DNA of 64,000 nucleotides from Rebecca billardiae RCC1528 (taxonomy: Eukaryota; Protista; Haptophyta), in contig OZ251224.1 of the NCBI GenBank assembly GCA_965240325.2, forward strand, positions 1,674,001-1,738,000, written 5' to 3'. Positions 38,572 through 49,752 of the stretch are shown one piece after another. The first letter of the stretch is position 1, and each line of letters opens with the position of its first letter. The notes beneath the pieces are model-generated. The model was not told the DNA's origin, ran no database searches, and saw only the letters and a program-made list of their open reading frames with translations. The translations under genes and the position numbers were made by a program.

Positions 38572-39429
38572 GTGTCGTACAGCATCGTGCTCGCGGCTCA
38601 GAGCTCGAGACGTCGTCGGCGGATCACCATCGCATGCACGATGGCTGCCCTCGAACACTTGGACTGCGGCGCTCGCGCGCGCGCATCTCTTCTCGTCGAG
38701 CCGAAGCTCATTCACTCGTGCGGCCGCGTGGCACATCTCGAGGACATCGCGATCGATGACGACGGCGCTCTCGGGGAGCTGCTCGGGAGCGCGCTCACAC
38801 GTACGAGAGAGACGGGTTGCTACAAGATCATTGCATCGTGCAGCGCGCATGAGGTGGCCGCGTACGAGGCGCAAGGGTTCGAGGACAAGGGGTACCAGAT
38901 GCGTCGAGCGCTGCCCACGACTCCCACACAGGATGCCGCCACCTGGCGCTCCTATCACGCGCCTCTCAGCGACGCGCACCCCGATATCACCGCGCGCCCC
39001 ATTGCTGCGGGCGACTTCGATCTGGGCGCGCTTGCTCTGCTGGCGCAGCTCACGGTCGTCGGGGACGTTCAGCGCGAGCAGTTCGTCGAGCACGTGGAGC
39101 GCATGGATGCGAGCTCTCACACGCTCACGCTTGTGCTTGAATCCATTCCAGCCAATCAGCCGCCACAGCTCGTCGGCATTGGCACTGTCCTGCTTGTGCA
39201 GGCGGGCGGCGGCGAGGCGGCTCACCTGCGCGCGCACATCGAAGACATTGTGGTCGACCAGGGCATGCGTGGGAGAGGCGTTGGTGCGCGTCTGATCAAC
39301 TGCCTCGTGGATGCAGCGCAGCGCGCGTGCGCGTCGAGCGTGATCTTGGAGTGCTCTCGGTCGAACGCGCCATTCTACGCCAAGCTCGGCTTCGAGCAGA
39401 CGCACACGTCCATGGCGCGCTATCTCTAA
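38572..39429 (+). CDS. GNA1: Glucosamine-6-phosphate N-acetyltransferase-like protein with tandem GNAT domains; 5' end unresolved
   Basis: EPKLIHSCGRVAHLEDI...GCYKII in the first domain and HIEDIVVDQGMRGRGVG...ILECSRSNAPFYAKLGF in the second. Confidence 0.75.
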   Translation: MSYSIVLAAQSSRRRRRITIACTMAALEHLDCGARARASLLVEPKLIHSCGRVAHLEDIAIDDDGALGELLGSALTRTRETGCYKIIASCSAHEVAAYEAQGFEDKGYQMRRALPTTPTQDAATWRSYHAPLSDAHPDITARPIAAGDFDLGALALLAQLTVVGDVQREQFVEHVERMDASSHTLTLVLESIPANQPPQLVGIGTVLLVQAGGGEAAHLRAHIEDIVVDQGMRGRGVGARLINCLVDAAQRACASSVILECSRSNAPFYAKLGFEQTHTSMARYL

Positions 39430-39969
39430 GTCGGTGGTGCCATCGTTCACTCGTTCCACGGGGCATCTGCCCGGCATCTGGATCCGATGCGCTGCGCGAG
39501 GCTGCCTCCCGCGCTGCCGCCCACGGGATATCCGACGTGACGAGCGCCGCCGCGTCGTGACGACGATATGATGTCGCGGCGGCGCGCGTGTTAACTGTAG
39601 TACTGATGAACCGTCGTACACATGCACGGACCACAGGCACAGTTATACTAGTCACACTCACAGGCACAGCTCAGCTGTCAACTGTGGCGGTATGCTGCTG
39701 AGCCCGCGCGGTCAGATACGAGTCACATCTGAATTCTGATGCGCGATTCTGGATGCCGATGGCAATGTTATACCAGCCTACTCCGACAATAATATTAACT
39801 TGTAGTGAATAATAATCATCGACTCCGCGTGCCGCCCTCAGCTTACGTCACTGTCGTCACGGCTATCGGCTGATGGCCGGGCAGCACCGTGTCGCAGCAG
39901 GCCGCCAGGCCGCAACCTTGCGAGCACAGTCGCCACGACTACGGACCGCTTAGCTTACGAGTTACGGCT

Positions 39970-40209
39970 ACGGCCTACGCGCCGAGCGACAGTCCGAGCG
40001 TGGTCTGCGCCCACTCGACCACTTGCGCGCACAGCGGGTGCGCGCGGCCGTGCGTGTGCCGCATCCCCTCGTACGCCGCGCTGGCGTGCCGCGCGGCCTC
40101 CGCCGGCTGGTCGCAGACTGCGCTCAGCTTGGCGAGCACGAACTGGTGCACGGCCGCGTTCGCGCTGTGTGCGCCGTACGCGAGGGCGCACGCCGCCTCG
40201 TTGGCGCGC
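39970..40209 (-). pseudogene. Displaced copy of the last about 240 bp of the SMYD gene
   Basis: Nearly identical to 51698-51937, same orientation. Confidence 0.92.
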
Positions 40210-40432
40210 CATAACTCATTATATAACTGATGTATACTCATTCTATATGATTTAACGACACATGTAGGACGGCGCAGGTCTCCTGATTCGTCGTCGGCAG
40301 TGCCCGATCGTCGACACGAAGTCGGCGTTGGTGGCACGGAGCATAGCCTGAACCGCGATCGAACAGTGAGTGGCTTGAGCGCTGATATGACTCGCCGCTT
40401 ATTAGCAGCCAGAATTTAATAAGCGACGGGCG

Positions 40433-40437
<5 letters not shown>

Positions 40438-40472
<35 letters not shown>
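40438..40472. repeat. (GA)n microsatellite
   Basis: Pure dinucleotide run. Confidence 0.97.
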
Positions 40473-40475
<3 letters not shown>

Positions 40476-40506
40476 TCATTTTATTATTGCGCGCACGTTG
40501 CCACTG

Positions 40507-42108
40507 TTACAAGTCGACGTGAACGTCATCGTCAAGTTCGTGATAGTAGTTATAGTAGCCGGCCAATCGCTCACCACTGCTGCACAGCTGGACCCAGTGA
40601 AGCTGTAGGGGTGGTGAACCTGTGCTGCGCCCTGCGTTGCCTCCGCCAGCAGTGTGCGACTCGGGTGCATCATGAAACACGTCGTCAGTGGCGATCCCAG
40701 CCACGCGTGCCTCACCATCTCCGTCAGCAGCATCCTCGACGCCAGCAGCACTGGCAGCTGGAGCCGGATAGACGACCGTCAGAGCGAGCCCTGCCATGCT
40801 GCCAATCTCGAGCGCAGCAGTGGCCAGTGCCAGTGGCCACATCGGCAAGGGCTCTGCCACAGACGACGCCTCGCCAACGCTGCCTGTCATGGCCCTCGTG
40901 TCGTCGAGCGGGGCTTTCGTGTATGTGGCGCCTGTCAGCATGATGACTGCGCTCAGACTCAGATTTCGTGCGCAGAACATGAGGCCGATGGCAGTGCCCT
41001 TGAGGCCTGGGGGCACTGCATCTGCCACGGCGGTGGTAGTGTGCACAGCAACGAGGCCACGACCAGCGCAGATCACACCAGTGGGAGCAATGATGGCGAG
41101 CCATGGCGAGGCATGCGCTGAGAAGCACGCTGCGAAACCCAGCGCCGCCGCGCCACAGAGCTGTGCAGCAGCCCCACGTAGCCCCATGGCCCTTGGCGAC
41201 GAGCCCACGCGCACGAACCAGTGGAACGCCTCGGACGCGGTCACGGACGCGATGACCATGAGAGCGTACGCCAGCCCAAACTCGCCCGTGGTGAGCCCAG
41301 TCGCAGTGCCACGCAGCAGGTGCGGTGCTGTGACAAAGATCAAGTTTTGTGCGCTGAAGGAAGCTGCCTCAGCACACACGAGGCCGATGTAGAGCGCGCT
41401 GCCGAGCAGCGCGCTCATGTGCCCGCATGCCGCACGCAATGCGTGCGATGCAGACCTGGCGTCGGCCACATCTGGCTTCATCCGCTGAGCGCCACTCGCG
41501 TCCTCCACTGGGCGCGCAGCAGCAGACAGCCTGTGCGACGTGCCAAGCCGCGCGCATGAGCACAGCGCGAGACTGAGAAGGCCGACAAGCACCATGCCGA
41601 CGCTCGTGCTACGCCAGCCGTACATGTCCTCGAGATATGCGCCCACTGCGGGCGCCAGCGCGGCCGCCACCTGCCGCACCACCTGCAGTCGACCTGAAGC
41701 TCTCGCAAAAGCGCTCGGTGCTGGGTAGCATGCGGCAGCAATCACCTGCGTGCAGACGCTCGCCATGCCAATCGCGCCACCTTGAGTGGCGCGCACGGCA
41801 ACCACATAGAAGAGCTGATTTGCGCCGACTAGGAGCATGCTGGCAGCGCTGAAGACGCCTATGCCGAAGAGTAGCACGAGACCCGCGCCAACGCCATCAG
41901 CAAGGAAACCGCCCGCGAGCGTTCCAAGTGAGAAGCTAGCAGCGTACGAGGCCATGGTGAGCTGGATTTCGGCCATCGACGCACGGAAAGCACGCCTCAT
42001 AGAAGGCAAGCACGGCGCGGTCAGGTCAAACCCGATGGAGCCCAGCATTGCTGCAGCACATAGCGCCGGGAGTAGCAAGCGGGTGCTCGCCGCTGACATT
42101 ACGGCCAT
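40507..42108 (-). CDS. MFS transporter, Bcr/CflA (DHA1)-like
   Basis: D...P.LP.M near TM1, G.LAD..G motif A, R..QG, AP..G..L....GWR and about 12 hydrophobic helices. Confidence 0.85.
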   Translation of the reverse strand: MAVMSAASTRLLLPALCAAAMLGSIGFDLTAPCLPSMRRAFRASMAEIQLTMASYAASFSLGTLAGGFLADGVGAGLVLLFGIGVFSAASMLLVGANQLFYVVAVRATQGGAIGMASVCTQVIAAACYPAPSAFARASGRLQVVRQVAAALAPAVGAYLEDMYGWRSTSVGMVLVGLLSLALCSCARLGTSHRLSAAARPVEDASGAQRMKPDVADARSASHALRAACGHMSALLGSALYIGLVCAEAASFSAQNLIFVTAPHLLRGTATGLTTGEFGLAYALMVIASVTASEAFHWFVRVGSSPRAMGLRGAAAQLCGAAALGFAACFSAHASPWLAIIAPTGVICAGRGLVAVHTTTAVADAVPPGLKGTAIGLMFCARNLSLSAVIMLTGATYTKAPLDDTRAMTGSVGEASSVAEPLPMWPLALATAALEIGSMAGLALTVVYPAPAASAAGVEDAADGDGEARVAGIATDDVFHDAPESHTAGGGNAGRSTGSPPLQLHWVQLCSSGERLAGYYNYYHELDDDVHVDL

Positions 42109-42398
42109 GCTTGATGAATGGAAGCCCAGCTCTCCGGGGTTGCCGCCGACGGCAGAAGGGGTCTCTGTTGGATGGCGTCAATCACGCCGGGGCGCCCCTC
42201 GCCGGTCGCCGGGTGCCCGGCTCGTGTGAGCTCGCCGTTGGCACCTCCGATTCGGGGGACGACCGCCGTGTGAGCGCGGGCCTCCTCAACGCCACCAAGG
42301 CGCCGACAGCGCTGAACACGCCCCTGCACACATCGCCTCGCCGTGCCCACGCGCGTTCAAAACGGCCTACATCGAGGCTCTCGTCGCGGCCAGTCCTT

Positions 42399-43250
42399 AT
42401 GGCGGCCAACGAGCTAGGACGAGTGGTCGTGGTGGCCGCGTGCGGAGTGGCCGCGGGACTAGCTGCAGCCTGGATGCGCACGCGGCTGCGCAGCAGCCAA
42501 GCGTGTCATCTGCGCTCCCGCGACGAGTCGACGTGGAGCGTGCGCCCCGCGCGCGTCATCTGCTTTGGCGACAGCATCACGGAGTATGGCAGCTGCCCAT
42601 CTGACGATGGCTGGGTCGCCAAGCTGCAATGGGCCTACTTGCGCAAGGCGGACGTGCTCAACCGCGGCTTCTCTGGATACACCTCTCGGATGCTCGTTCG
42701 CATTCTCCCCGACCTGCTCGCTCCGCTCCTCGCGGACGGATTCTGCACCGTCGCTGTGACAGTCATGCTCGGCGCTAATGACGCAACATCGCCTAGCAGC
42801 TTCCAGCACGTGCCACCCGACGAGTTCCTGCAGAACATGACGGCGATCATCCGCGAGCTACGTGCCGCCTTCCCTACCGCCTGCGTCCTCGTGCTCAGCC
42901 CACCTGCGGTCGATGCTGCCGCGTGGGACGCACATTGCCGTGCCACATACGGTGCAGACGGTGGTGGCCGATGCATGCCCCTTGTGTCTGAGTATGGAGA
43001 GCTCGCTGCCCGCGCGGCAGCGGCAACAGGCTGCCTGTTCATCGACGTGGCCGGAGCGATGGTCGGTCCCTCCGGAAACGCGCCCGTTGGGCACCTGCTC
43101 AGCGACGGCCTTCACCTCTCGCCGTCTGGCCAGCACATCGTATCGAGCCTCATCGAGGAAGCACTTGCGGCGCAGCCCAAGGCCGCCGCCGCGGGGCTGC
43201 CCGAGTTCTTCCCGCGCGATCCAATTGCTGCTCCGAGAATGCTGCTCTGA
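42399..43250 (+). CDS. IAH1: SGNH/GDSL esterase, IAH1-like (copy 1)
   Basis: FGDSITE, RKADVLNRGFSGYTSR, LGANDA and SDGLHLS blocks. Confidence 0.9.
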   Translation: MAANELGRVVVVAACGVAAGLAAAWMRTRLRSSQACHLRSRDESTWSVRPARVICFGDSITEYGSCPSDDGWVAKLQWAYLRKADVLNRGFSGYTSRMLVRILPDLLAPLLADGFCTVAVTVMLGANDATSPSSFQHVPPDEFLQNMTAIIRELRAAFPTACVLVLSPPAVDAAAWDAHCRATYGADGGGRCMPLVSEYGELAARAAAATGCLFIDVAGAMVGPSGNAPVGHLLSDGLHLSPSGQHIVSSLIEEALAAQPKAAAAGLPEFFPRDPIAAPRMLL

Positions 43251-43524
43251 TCATGGGCATCACGATGGAAACAATCGCAGCTCACACGGCACAGGCGGCA
43301 GGTGTCCTGTCTAGAGCACTCTAGCTCACTGGCAGTCAGACTGTCATTACAGAGAGTGAGCTTCATGATGAGAGACATATCAGACTCAGAATCACATCGA
43401 CTGCTGACACTGCGCGGGCGGACGAATCGCCTGCGGACTGCGGTAGTAGGCCTGAAGCGCACGGTCCTGTTCACTGAACTCTGAAGAGTCGGCCCGGCAC
43501 GGGCCGCGGGTAGTTAGTGACGTA

Positions 43525-44263
43525 GTGATGTGCCATCGCCTTCCGGCTTCCGCGCGTGCGCCGCGCGTGCACGGGCTGACACGCCTCGATCAGGCTCGGC
43601 ACGCGTTGCAGAGGCACGGCCAGCTCTGGGGACGTCGCGCACCACCGTCGCCCGTGCAGCTCGTCCTCCTCGTAGAGTACCGTTCAGTTCCGAGGCGTAG
43701 CCCTCGCTCAGAGTCGACCCGGACGATGGACTCGGAGCCGCGGCAACCTTTGCTGGGCAGCCGGCTCCAGACTCGTGTCAGATAGTATTGAGAAAACGCC
43801 GAGGTTGGCCCTTCGGCTACTGACCCTTGCCTTGTCGGCTCCTGATACAGACACGGCGCGATTGAATAGTTGATTGAACTGATTAAAGGGACTTACATGG
43901 TCACATCGGTTCGCGGCAATCTCTATCTAGATCTATACGTCATCGCTCCTTGGACCTTGCTGCAATCTCATTGGCCGAAAAAATCGCTTGTAACGGGTTC
44001 GCGTTACGTTACGCATCCTAAAGGACGTAAGGTTTTTTGGACGGGCGTCACTCCGGCACGCTTTACTTATGAACTTGTCGTGGGCGCGACCTTTTGTCGC
44101 CGAATGGATACCTCTATGCGGTCTTAAAATTCGAAACTCGGTCTCTTCCAGCTCTGAAACTCGTCCCCCGTCCCTTTTTTCTTGATCAAAGATCGTTTTG
44201 AAACGTGGTTAGGGCCCGCACTGCGGGCTCCACGCTGCGCGCTCCGCCCTGCACCGCGGGCCA
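43525..44263 (-). mobile_element. Hairpin/asymmetric-IR element, copy E5; hairpin end missing or decayed
   Basis: The conserved end 44110-44263 finishes TGCACCGCGGGCCA|T. The segment 43550-43630 is the reverse complement of E3 internal 17145-17222. Confidence 0.6.
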
Positions 44264-44314
44264 TAATAATCATCCGGTCATCATTGTCACAATAAGAGTA
44301 TTCGTCTTAACTCA

Positions 44315-44315
<1 letters not shown>

Positions 44316-44407
<92 letters not shown>

Positions 44408-44430
44408 ACACACACACACACACACACACA

Positions 44431-44470
<40 letters not shown>
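44316..44470. repeat. Compound (ACT)n-(AC)n microsatellite
   Basis: Two adjacent simple-sequence runs. Confidence 0.99.
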
Positions 44471-44472
<2 letters not shown>

Positions 44473-45148
44473 GACTAAGGCAGTCACTGCTATAAGACTC
44501 ACTGGCAGCTGCTTCGTCGTCATCATCTATGACATCAGCAGTCAATGAGTCATGACTGTCATGAGTAGCTAGTCATTACACGATTCGGCACTGTCCGTTG
44601 CCAGCAGCACTGATGTTAAGCAACGGTCTGAAAGTTCGTCTACTATACTATGCTGATCGACGGCACGCATTGGCTCATCCTGTTTTACTGACGCCAACTG
44701 TGCGCCATCCTGATCCTGGTCGCACACCTGACTGGGGGCACTGGGCTGCAACACCAACGGTCCAAGACGACTAATGACGAGCCGGCGACCTGAGTCGGCG
44801 GGGGACATGAACTTTGACCGGCAGGGTCTCACGCACTAGATACTCAGGCTTGAGGCGCAATTCTGTGACTCGATCAGAATTCGCGCTAGTCGTTCGTGAC
44901 ACTGTTTACGGTTACTGTTCGCATGCCATCAGGTGCCAACAGGCAGCAGTCACGCAGCCGCCTGGCCCCGCGGGCACTCTGCCACAGTCAGTGAGCCGTG
45001 AGGACCGCGCGCACACAGTGAGATCCAGCCAACTGACCCAAGGCAGGGCACACAAAGCCGAGGAGCCGGCACGAGCAGTGGACGACGGGTGCTAGGTGTC
45101 GGGTGAGCCGTCCACATGATTGCCAGCCAGCAGGGGGCTCTGAGCCCC

Positions 45149-46063
45149 CTAAGATGAGGGGGCGGCTGGGTGGCCCAGTGGAGAGGTGAGGAAGATCCAG
45201 TTCATCGGATAGCTGACGAGCGTACGCACCAGTCGCTGGTCCATACCCGCGCATAGGCCGGTCTCCGCTCCGTCAAACGCGAGGCGCTCAGTGGCCACAG
45301 AAGGCGAGCTGGCGTAGTGCGCGATGTCTGCTACAATGTCGGGCACAAAGAGGACGAAGACCCGCCACTTGGCAAACTGGCGACCGGTGCGTTGCGACAG
45401 GAGGAGAAGGATATCGAGGTACGTGAACGCATGCGACACTCGCACAAGGAAGAACTCGGGGCGGTGGAAGTCGTGCCACTTGTCTACAAGCACCCCCACT
45501 TGCTCGCCAATTGGCACCCCTGAGAGCCACGGCTGCTGGTTGGCGCAGCTCGTGGCGTGCGAAACAGCAGCGTCGAGCGCCAGCGTGAGAAGGTAGAGAA
45601 ACAGGTTGCGCACGACGTGCGCCCGATGCAGCCACTTCGCGCCACGCGCGGCAAGCACATCGACGCCATGCCCGGCAAGGAACACCACGGCCACGATCGC
45701 AGCAGCCGCTGCGAGAGAGGAGGGGTCTTGCAGGCCCTGCACGAAGCGGATGGAGCCAAGGAGACCTGGATTGCCCTCAGAGCTGCAGGTTGCGCCTGCT
45801 GCCGCTGGAGACGAGAGGGTTGTATTGCCCTCGAAGCTGCACGACCCTGGGCTTGCCGCAGGAGATGAGTGGAGTAGCGTCACCTGAGCGAGCGTGAGCG
45901 TGAGCACGACGGCCTGCGCGACCGCGTACCAGAGCGGCCACTGGATCTTGGACACGAAGCAGATCGTTGCGTCATCCTTGCAGTACAGCGCGGTTGGGAA
46001 CAGCACACCCGCCGTGACCGCCACGAGTACGACGATCGCGCAACAGCCCCAAACGACGACCAT
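45149..46063 (-). CDS. Hypothetical multi-pass membrane protein
   Basis: ATG-initiated 304-aa ORF with several hydrophobic segments and a duplicated SSPA...CS.EGN peptide. Confidence 0.5.
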   Translation of the reverse strand: MVVVWGCCAIVVLVAVTAGVLFPTALYCKDDATICFVSKIQWPLWYAVAQAVVLTLTLAQVTLLHSSPAASPGSCSFEGNTTLSSPAAAGATCSSEGNPGLLGSIRFVQGLQDPSSLAAAAAIVAVVFLAGHGVDVLAARGAKWLHRAHVVRNLFLYLLTLALDAAVSHATSCANQQPWLSGVPIGEQVGVLVDKWHDFHRPEFFLVRVSHAFTYLDILLLLSQRTGRQFAKWRVFVLFVPDIVADIAHYASSPSVATERLAFDGAETGLCAGMDQRLVRTLVSYPMNWIFLTSPLGHPAAPSS

Positions 46064-46181
46064 TGTACGTCGTGGGCCTGCGCTGGCTTGGAGTGCCCGT
46101 GCGGATTGCGGTCTGCGTGGTCACCAGCGGCGAGCCTCGGGAAAAGGCGCGCGGGGATTCGGATCCGGCGTCAATCGGCTA

Positions 46182-47415
46182 CAGTTTACTATGATTTAAC
46201 GTGCACACTTGGTTAAGGCGTGATTAACGCCATCCAACACTGCACAAAGACGGGCTGGCCAGGGTAGGGCTGGAGGCTTCGGCCGCCAGTCTGATCACCC
46301 GGAGCCCGTTATAAAGGGGAATTTAAAACAGTACCCCCATACTGCCGCCGGTGCCATTTAAATTCCCCTTTATAACGGGCTCCGGGTGATCAGACTGGCG
46401 GCCGAAGCCTCCAGCCCTACCCTGGCCAGCCCCCAACCAACCACCACCCTCACCCAACCTCAAACCACTGACCGATACACCAAGTGCCGGGGGGCATGCT
46501 AGTTCGGGAGCGTGTGGCAGGATCCCGGGAACGCCCTTGGATGAAAGTCGGCGTTCCTTGCCACCCGTTCAGGCGCCCGCTGTCGGGTCGGATCTGGGGG
46601 TTGGCCCGCGGCGCTCGCGGAAAACATTTCAGTTGAAATGGCTTCCGGCTGCGCGCCGGTAAAGTGGCCCTGCCAGTGGCGTGCGCGGCCTCGCCTCGCG
46701 TGCGCGCCAGTGAAGACGAAGGCTGGGCGACGGCGCGCGAGGCGGGTACGTCTGGTCGCACCTACTGACCCCTTCTGACGCTCATGGCTCGCCTCCGTAG
46801 CCTCTTCTGCGCCCATGGTCACTGCGTACGTCCATGCGTCTGCATGCCGTTGCGGCTGGCGGTGCTTGCGCCGTCGCTTCATCGCACCGGATGTGCTGCA
46901 AGGGCAAGACGCGGGCTTCCTGAAGAGAGAACATATATGCCAGCCCCATGCGCACCGGTTCAAGCCACGACTCAAGCGCATGTCGCGGACAGAAGCGGGC
47001 GCGGTAGGCAACGTTTGGCCTTCTCGGTCGGTGGCAGTCGAGTAGTGCTCAGAAGCGGAGAAGAGGCTGAGGCGGCACACTTCTGCAGAGCCGGATGTCC
47101 CTTGAGCAGTTCTTCAAATGATGGCCGCGATGCGCCGTCGCCACGGCCATGCCAGCCGCCGCAGACGACACGCGCGACGGGCGGCGCGACGGGTCTTGGC
47201 GCTCATCTCGCAGTGGCGCGCACTGCGCGCCACTGTGTCCGGGCGGAATTATGCGTACCGGGTACGCATAATTCCGCCCCGGACTCGTGTGAGTTAGGTC
47301 GGGTCGCCTGAACGGGTGGCAGAGCTGCGTGAGCGCTGCGCGGCTCCCCTTGCGGTTGGGATGACTGCTTAAATAATTACTTTACCAAGTGTGCACGTTA
47401 AATCAGAGTAAACTG
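46182..47415. mobile_element. L-type Tc1/mariner-like element with two nested family B tails (46252-46328 on +, 46357-46482 on -)
   Basis: TA|CAGTTTACTATGATTTAACGTGCACACTTGGT ... ACCAAGTGTGCACGTTAAATCAGAGTAAACTG|TA, giving 32-bp TIRs flanked by TA. Confidence 0.75.
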
Positions 47416-47471
47416 TAAGAGGCGGGATGTGGCCCTGCGTTGCCTGCCAGCGGCAATTCATACGACCCTCG

Positions 47472-48778
47472 ATGCTGCTCGCGCCGGTGGTCTCCTTCCT
47501 GGTCGTGGGGATGTCGAGTGCTGCTCCAGACATTTCGGAAGAACGGGCGGATGTGCGCACAAGTGACAAGCATGCATGCGTCGACGCGGTCGTCCCCACC
47601 ATCGACATTGCTCCTTTGCGGCGTTTCACGCCCGAAGAGCTTGACGACCATTGGGCCAGCGGCTCCTTGCCGGCGGACGTGCGGCGCACTGTTGACGACT
47701 TGCGTACTGCCGGAAGCGAGTTTGGCTTCTTTCACGTCGTTGGCCATGGTGTGGATCAGGACTTGCTCGACCAGACGCACAGTCTGCAACGCGCCTTCTT
47801 TGCCAGCAGCCGCGAGAGCAAACAACCGCTGAAACGCACGGTGGACAACCTTCAGGGATGGGACGACGGTGGCTACTCGGGAGGCCAACCCGACGCCATG
47901 GAACTCCTCTCTTCCGCGTATCCTCCTCTCTCGGAGGCGCGGCGACGAGCATACGGAGAGCGGCGCCTGCCGCCTGGCGATGTCCTCCCTGGCTTCGAAT
48001 CCACGTACCTCCAGTGCAGCGAGGCCATGTTGAATGACGTGGCGAAAGCGTTGCTCCGTGGTCTCTGTATGGCCATGGGCGAGCCTCCGACGCGCCTCGA
48101 CTCCCTTCTCGACGGCGATGACCACTTGTCCAGAGCTGTAATGCTGTACTACCCCGGCCGCATCCAGCTGGACGCATCCGACCCCACGAAGATGCCTGCA
48201 CGATATGCCTCGGCAAAATTCGGGATCAACGCGCACGTGGACTCGATCTTGTTCAATGTCGTCTACCAGCAAGATACGGCTGGTCTGCAGGGTTGCCGAC
48301 CGCGCCTCGACGTTGCCAGTGCTGCCAACGAGGTCGAGTGGTTTGACCTCGCACCGGCCAGGGGGGTGTTTGCCGTGATTATTGGTGCATTCATGCAGGT
48401 GCTCTCCAACGAGTTGTTGATGGCTGGCATACATCGAGTCCCCTTGGTCAACCACACGCGCCACTCATTGTGCGTCGCCCAGTATCGCGACAGCCCCCGC
48501 GTGCACGTCCAGTCCTCACTCACAATCTTCCCATCCGCCCACCGCGCTGCGCACCCCTTGCTGCTCTGCGTGCGGTGTGAGGCAGTACATTGAGTCTCCT
48601 CCCTGCCGACTCAGTCGTTCTGGGCCCGCTTCATGGTGCAGTCCAGCGCTCGTCTCCACGCTGCCCACGCTACACGCCCTTCAGCGCTGGTGGGTTTCGA
48701 ACTGCACGGCAGTCATCTGACGTCGATGGCACTCGTAATGTGCAGATAGGTGACTATCGAGTCGTCACCTGCATCTGA
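47472..48778 (+). CDS. 2-oxoglutarate/Fe(II) dioxygenase (IPNS/DIOX_N type) with signal peptide; intron 48470-48585
   Basis: [20 protein letters not shown]...H (GIHRV) metal triad and RHS 2OG-binding motif. Confidence 0.85.
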
Positions 48779-48819
48779 CAGTGCATCGCCCGTCAGTGCC
48801 TGTCGGAGACGTGAGCGGC

Positions 48820-48979
<160 letters not shown>

Positions 48980-49650
48980 GGTAAACGCGAGCTCCGAGCG
49001 TCTCGAGCCCTGCTAAAAGCTCACCGGCGGCGTCCTCGGGCGCGTCGTCGGTGACGCCCACGGAGGGCAATCTCGACTCTCGCTCTTCCAAGACGAAGCT
49101 AACCTCCCGCCGACCTCTTTTTGGTCGCGGGGTGACCGGCGTTCAGCGGCTCGGCTCCAGGGAATCTTTCAACCTTCCCAGAGCGCCGCTTTTCCTTGCG
49201 TCCGCCAATCGCAGGCGTTTCCGACGCAACCGCCGATGATCGTGGGTGCACACGATTCCGGCAGGAAGAGTGTGCAAGTCCGGATGTCCTGGACATTGAT
49301 GAATGAAACGCTCGGGGCACAATTTCGTTTCTTGGACCCGAACGATGGCGCGCCTGTGCCTCCGGCGTGCCATCGTACCGCGCTGCGCCGGGCCGTACCG
49401 CCCGCGCACGCGCCGCGCCCGTGTCGCCCCGCGTCCGCACTGCCGCGTCCGCGCTCCGCGTCCACGTCGCTCCGCGCCAGCGCTGCTGCGCTCGCGCTGC
49501 TGCCGCCGCGCGCGCCGCGCGCGCGCGCCGCCAGAGCCAGCCACTGCTCCGTAGCTGATGCCGCCGGCCCGCCTGGTGCGGCGCCGGCCCTGACGTCCCA
49601 GCGGCGACGCCATCTGCTGAGATGCGCGCCCCACGCTGCGTCAGCTCAAC

Positions 49651-49653
<3 letters not shown>

Positions 49654-49744
<91 letters not shown>

Positions 49745-49752
49745 GTGTGTGT
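49654..49752. repeat. (TG)n microsatellite
   Basis: Near-pure dinucleotide run. Confidence 0.99.

Noticed and set aside
44467-44473. Another CACAGTG heptamer
   Set aside because: It arises from the end of an (AC)n run and has no downstream TIR similarity.
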